This document shows positions 60,666-64,000 of a stretch of DNA of 64,000 bases, one piece after another. Numbering within the stretch: position 1 is the first letter of the stretch; each line of letters begins with the position of its first letter. A program made the translations under genes and the position numbers. Source of the stretch: Candidatus Methylomirabilia bacterium (GTDB lineage Bacteria; Methylomirabilota; Methylomirabilia; Rokubacteriales; CSP1-6); the NCBI GenBank assembly GCA_041492755.1, contig JBGPXN010000003.1, positions 13,180 to 77,179 of the forward strand. The letters are read 5' to 3'. The notes under the pieces were generated by a model. The model had not been told where the DNA came from and did no database searches. It worked only from the letters and a program-made list of their open reading frames with translations.

Positions 60666-60965
60666 GTGACCGAATCGCGCGCCGCCGCGGACATCGTGGT
60701 CGCCGGCCGGGTGCAAGGCGTCGGCTACCGCGCCTTCGCCGAGCGCTGCGCCCGGCGGCTCGCGCTTGCTGGCTACGTGGTGAATCTTCCGGACGGGCGC
60801 GTGCGGGTGCACGCGGAGGGTGATCGCTCGAGCCTCGAGACGCTGCTGACCGAGCTTCGTCAAGGACCGCGCTTGGCGGCGGTGGCCGAGGCGGCGGTCA
60901 CGTGGGTGGCACCCACCGGTCGCTACCATTCGTTCGATACGCGTTTCGAGGAGCGCCAGGTGTGA
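60666..60965 (+). CDS. acyP: Acylphosphatase
   Basis: V.GRVQGVGYR, G.V.NL.DGRV...AEG, GP..A.V. Confidence 0.93.
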   Translation: MTESRAAADIVVAGRVQGVGYRAFAERCARRLALAGYVVNLPDGRVRVHAEGDRSSLETLLTELRQGPRLAAVAEAAVTWVAPTGRYHSFDTRFEERQV

Positions 60966-61828
60966 AGGCCGCGGCGCTCCGGGTGGCGGCGGTCGGTGTC
61001 GCGACACTGGTGGCCGTCGTCGCGCCGGCCGCGGGCGCGCCGCCGTCGACGCGTGCCGACGGGCCACGCTCCAGCGGGGACGTCCACGAGGTGCGCGCCG
61101 GTGAGACGCTCAGCGGGATCGCGCGGCGGTATGGCGTGAGCGTGTCGGGGCTCGTTGCCGCGAATGGGCTGCGTGGACAGTCCGCGCTCGTTCGCGTCGG
61201 TCAACGGCTGAGGATTCCCCAGGCAACCGCGCGCGCCAAGGTTGCAGCGAGCAAGTCCGTCGTCAGGGCAGGGAGTAAATCGGCAGGGATGAAGGCGGCC
61301 GGGACCAAGGCCGGCGCGGGCGCTCGTCGCAGTGCGAAGCGGCTCGATCTCATGCCGAAGAACCTGGTGCTGACGGTGCCCGACTTCACCGAGATCGCGC
61401 CGCTCTTCGCGTGGCCCGTGGAAGGCCCGGTGTCGTCTGCCTTTGGCCGCCGGCGGCTCGGCTGGCATCGCGGCATCGACATCAAGGCGGATCTCGGCAT
61501 GTCCATCCTGGCCGCGGCGCCCGGGTTTGTCGTCGCCAGTGGATACGAGACCCGCTACGGCCGGGTCGTGAAGATCGAGCACGCCAACGGCTTCGTGACG
61601 GTCTACGCCCACAACGACGAAAACTTCGTGGAGGCCGGCGACCGCATCGCCGGCGGCCAGCGAATCGCCGCCATCGGCCGCACCGGCCGTGCCACCGCCC
61701 ACCACCTCCATTTCGAGATCCGCCAGGCCGGCCTCGCCTACAATCCCCTTTACCTCCTGCCGCTGCCACCCCGAGTGGCGACGGTCGACGAGGGCGAGGA
61801 CGAAGAGCACGACGAGCCCGATGACTGA
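60962..61828 (+). CDS. LysM + M23 peptidase (NlpD-like)
   Basis: GTG 60962; signal peptide, [43 protein letters not shown]. Confidence 0.9.
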   Translation: MKAAALRVAAVGVATLVAVVAPAAGAPPSTRADGPRSSGDVHEVRAGETLSGIARRYGVSVSGLVAANGLRGQSALVRVGQRLRIPQATARAKVAASKSVVRAGSKSAGMKAAGTKAGAGARRSAKRLDLMPKNLVLTVPDFTEIAPLFAWPVEGPVSSAFGRRRLGWHRGIDIKADLGMSILAAAPGFVVASGYETRYGRVVKIEHANGFVTVYAHNDENFVEAGDRIAGGQRIAAIGRTGRATAHHLHFEIRQAGLAYNPLYLLPLPPRVATVDEGEDEEHDEPDD

Positions 61829-62747
61829 CGACACCGACGAGGTCATCCCGGACGAACCGGTCGACGTGCTCGTCGACGCCGAGGACGCGCACGTTCCCGC
61901 GCCCACGCGCGAGACGAGCCGCGCCAATCTCGGCGTCTACCTCGGCGAGATCAGCCGCATCCCGCTGCTCGACCGCGAGGAAGAGCAGGCGCTCGCCCGT
62001 CGCGCCCGCGCCGGCGACGAGGCCGCCAAGCAGCGGCTGGTCGAATCGAACCTGCGCCTCGTCGTCCAGGTTGCCCGCCGCTATCTCAATCGCGGCCTGC
62101 CGCTGCCCGACCTCATCGAGGAAGGCAACCTCGGCCTCGTCCGCGCCGTGGAGAAGTTCGAGCCGGAACGCGGCTTACGGTTCTCGACGTACGCAGTCTG
62201 GTGGATCCGCCACTTCATCACCCGCGCCCTGGCGAATCAGGCGCGGATGATTCGCCTGCCCGTGCACGTCGAGTTGCTCCTCGGCCGCTACGTCAAGCAG
62301 CAGCAGCGCCTCACCGGTGAGCTCGGTCGCCAACCCACCACGGCGGAGATCGCCGCCGCGCTGGGTACGACGGTGGAGCAGGTGGAGGAGCTGGAGGAGA
62401 TTCGCCAGCAACCCGTGTCGCTCGACGCGCCGATCGGCGACCCCGAGAAGGGCGCCAGCGTGGCCGACCTGGTACCGGACGCCTCGGCGGATCCTGCCGC
62501 GATGTTCGCGCGCCTGTTTGCCAGGCGCGCGAAGCTCGCCTCCGTGCTGGATGACCTCGCCGCCAACGAGAGCGCGGTGCTTCGCCGGCGCTTCGGGCTG
62601 GAGGGCGCGGAGCCGGAGACGCTGGAGGCGATCGGGCGCGACTTACGGCTCACTCGCGAGCGCGTGCGCCCGAGCGAGGGCGCCGGGCTACGGAAACGCC
62701 GCGCGCGGTGGAAAGCGCGCGGCGTCGACGCGTCCGACCTGCTCTAA
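61821..62747 (+). CDS. Group 2 sigma70 factor, RpoS-like
   Basis: ATG 61821; YL.EI...[48 protein letters not shown]....LTRERVR; surE-pcm-nlpD-sigma context. Confidence 0.9.
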   Translation: MTDDTDEVIPDEPVDVLVDAEDAHVPAPTRETSRANLGVYLGEISRIPLLDREEEQALARRARAGDEAAKQRLVESNLRLVVQVARRYLNRGLPLPDLIEEGNLGLVRAVEKFEPERGLRFSTYAVWWIRHFITRALANQARMIRLPVHVELLLGRYVKQQQRLTGELGRQPTTAEIAAALGTTVEQVEELEEIRQQPVSLDAPIGDPEKGASVADLVPDASADPAAMFARLFARRAKLASVLDDLAANESAVLRRRFGLEGAEPETLEAIGRDLRLTRERVRPSEGAGLRKRRARWKARGVDASDLL

Positions 62748-62802
62748 CCCTCGCTCGACATCGCCGCTCGCGGTAGAATCGAGTCGCTGACCTTTGGTAC
62801 AT

Positions 62803-62879
62803 GCCCCCGTAGCTCAGTTGGATAGAGCAGCAGTTTCCTAAACTGCGTGCCGGGTGTTCAATTCACCCCGGGGGCACCA
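62803..62879 (+). tRNA. tRNA-Arg (anticodon CCT)
   Basis: 77-nt cloverleaf GCCCCCG...CGGGGGC-ACCA; anticodon arm GCAGT-TT-CCT-AA-ACTGC; upstream TAGAAT at 62774. Confidence 0.96.
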
Positions 62880-63315
62880 CCATTGAACACGGCTCGCGCG
62901 GCGGGTGACGGCGCCCGTCACGTCCTCCGAGATGATCCTGGCTGCCCACGTTCGAGGTAAGCCCAGCGGCCGGGTGGGGCGTCCTCCGATCCCTCCTAAC
63001 GAGCCCGATCACTAAGATCGGCCAGCAGTCCTCGGGTCTGTTCCATCCACGTGGCGAGGTCAAAGTCCTCGGTGGCTTCAACGGCCAGACCCTCGATCTT
63101 TCGAAGCGCCGGGTACTCACGGCGGCCCGGGTGGACCGCGTCGATGAAACAAACAGTGGCCAGAGCCACTTTCCGTACTGGCAAGTCGTCCCCGTCGGCG
63201 CACATGCGCTCGGGAGCCCTCGCACTATCGTAGCCGACTCCCTAGGGTGCTGCGCCAGGAGCGGCGGTAAACCACTCACGGATCGGAAGCACCCATCGCG
63301 GCTTACAACCGGCTG

Positions 63316-63335
63316 CAATCCCCCCCGGGGGCACC
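63316..63335 (+). repeat. att-like partial duplicate of the tRNA-Arg 3' end
   Basis: CAATCCCCCCCGGGGGCACC versus tRNA 62859-62878 CAATTCACCCCGGGGGCACC (18/20). Confidence 0.6.
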
Positions 63336-63422
63336 GACTACTTCGCAGGTTTACGAAACGTGCCTCGTCAGCCGTCGTCTCGACGGCCTGAGAGTCGAAT
63401 TAGCGAATAAGGCCGCAATCCG

Positions 63423-64000
63423 TCACTGCGCCAGGGCGTTGCCGCCGACGGTCGCTTCGACGTCGGCGCCGCGGTTGCCGAAGCCGCTGCCCCAGGCCTC
63501 GATGCGGAAGCTGGTGCCGGTGGAGACGCCGACGTACCAGTCGCCGGTCTGCTGGTCATGAATGGCGAGGTCGGCCTGGCCGTCGCCGGTGAAGTCGCTG
63601 ACGAGGACCTGTTCCAGGGTGGCGCCGCGGGTGCCGAAGCCGCTGGCCCAGGGCTCGATGCGGAACGCGGTGCCGGTAGAGACGCCGACGTACCAGTCGC
63701 CGGTGAGCGTGTCGTGGATGACGACGTCGGTCTTACCGTCGCCGGTGAAGTCACCGACGAAGACCTGCTCGACGGCATCCCCGCGATTGCCGAAGCCGCT
63801 GGCCCAGGGCTCGATACGGAAGCTGGTGCCGGTGGAGACGCCGACGTACCAGTCGCCGGTGAGTTTGTCGTGAATGACGACGTCGGTCTTGCCGTCGCCG
63901 GTGAAGTCGTCGATGAAGACCTCCTCGACGGTGTCGCCGCGATTGCCGAAGCCGCTGGCCCAGGGCTCGACGCGGAAGGCGGTGCCGGTGGAGACGCCGA
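63423..64000 (-). CDS. 3' end of an FG-GAP/VCBS-type repeat protein (52-aa tandem units); 5' part outside window
   Basis: Manual translation: GVSTGT.FR.EPWASGFGNRG..VE.VF..DFTGDGKTDVVIHD..TGDWYV x3 plus a partial unit; stop TGA at 63425-63423; absent from the ORF track because no start codon lies in the window. Confidence 0.9.
   Translation of the reverse strand, partial: GVSTGTAFRVEPWASGFGNRGDTVEEVFIDDFTGDGKTDVVIHDKLTGDWYVGVSTGTSFRIEPWASGFGNRGDAVEQVFVGDFTGDGKTDVVIHDTLTGDWYVGVSTGTAFRIEPWASGFGTRGATLEQVLVSDFTGDGQADLAIHDQQTGDWYVGVSTGTSFRIEAWGSGFGNRGADVEATVGGNALAQ

Overview
A very GC-rich core-chromosome segment from a diderm bacterium. By inference from gene order and style (not a database result) it resembles Candidatus Rokubacteria/Methylomirabilota. 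About 65 genes over the first 62.9 kb all lie on the + strand, many joined by ATGA/GTGA overlaps. Order: rodZ(3')-ftsY-ribD-ribE-ribBA-ribH-nusB-phosphoesterase-lnt-prfB(+1 frameshift)-lysS-lolC/E-lolD-clpC-bamA-skp, then a lipid A/LPS core block (lpxD-lpxA-gnnA-like-lpxI-lpxB-DUF374-waaA-lpxK-waaF-4xGT4-gmhB-hldA-hldC-waaC-GT2), then trpS-scpA-scpB-rluB-pheA-hisC-tyrA-cmk-plsC-rpsA-sppA-ihfB-HIT-mutS-mutL-miaA-hflX-pgsA-DUF512-der-DUF3047-SPOR-ihfA-merR-tRNAPro-surE-pcm-tRNAPro-acyP-nlpD-like-rpoS-like-tRNAArg, a small island remnant, and the 3' end of a minus-strand FG-GAP-type repeat protein. The least-explained signals are non-genic. (1) A modular palindromic repeat present twice, each time 2 nt after a stop codon; one copy is apparently translated as the N-terminus of ScpB. 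(2) A 126-bp MITE-like long hairpin abutting the pheA promoter. (3) A 40-codon poly-G mini-ORF occupying the usual aroA slot. (4) A 21-bp-periodic triple repeat upstream of the SPOR-gene promoter. (5) An att-like copy of the tRNA-Arg 3' end. No CRISPR array, integrase, transposase or defence system was seen.
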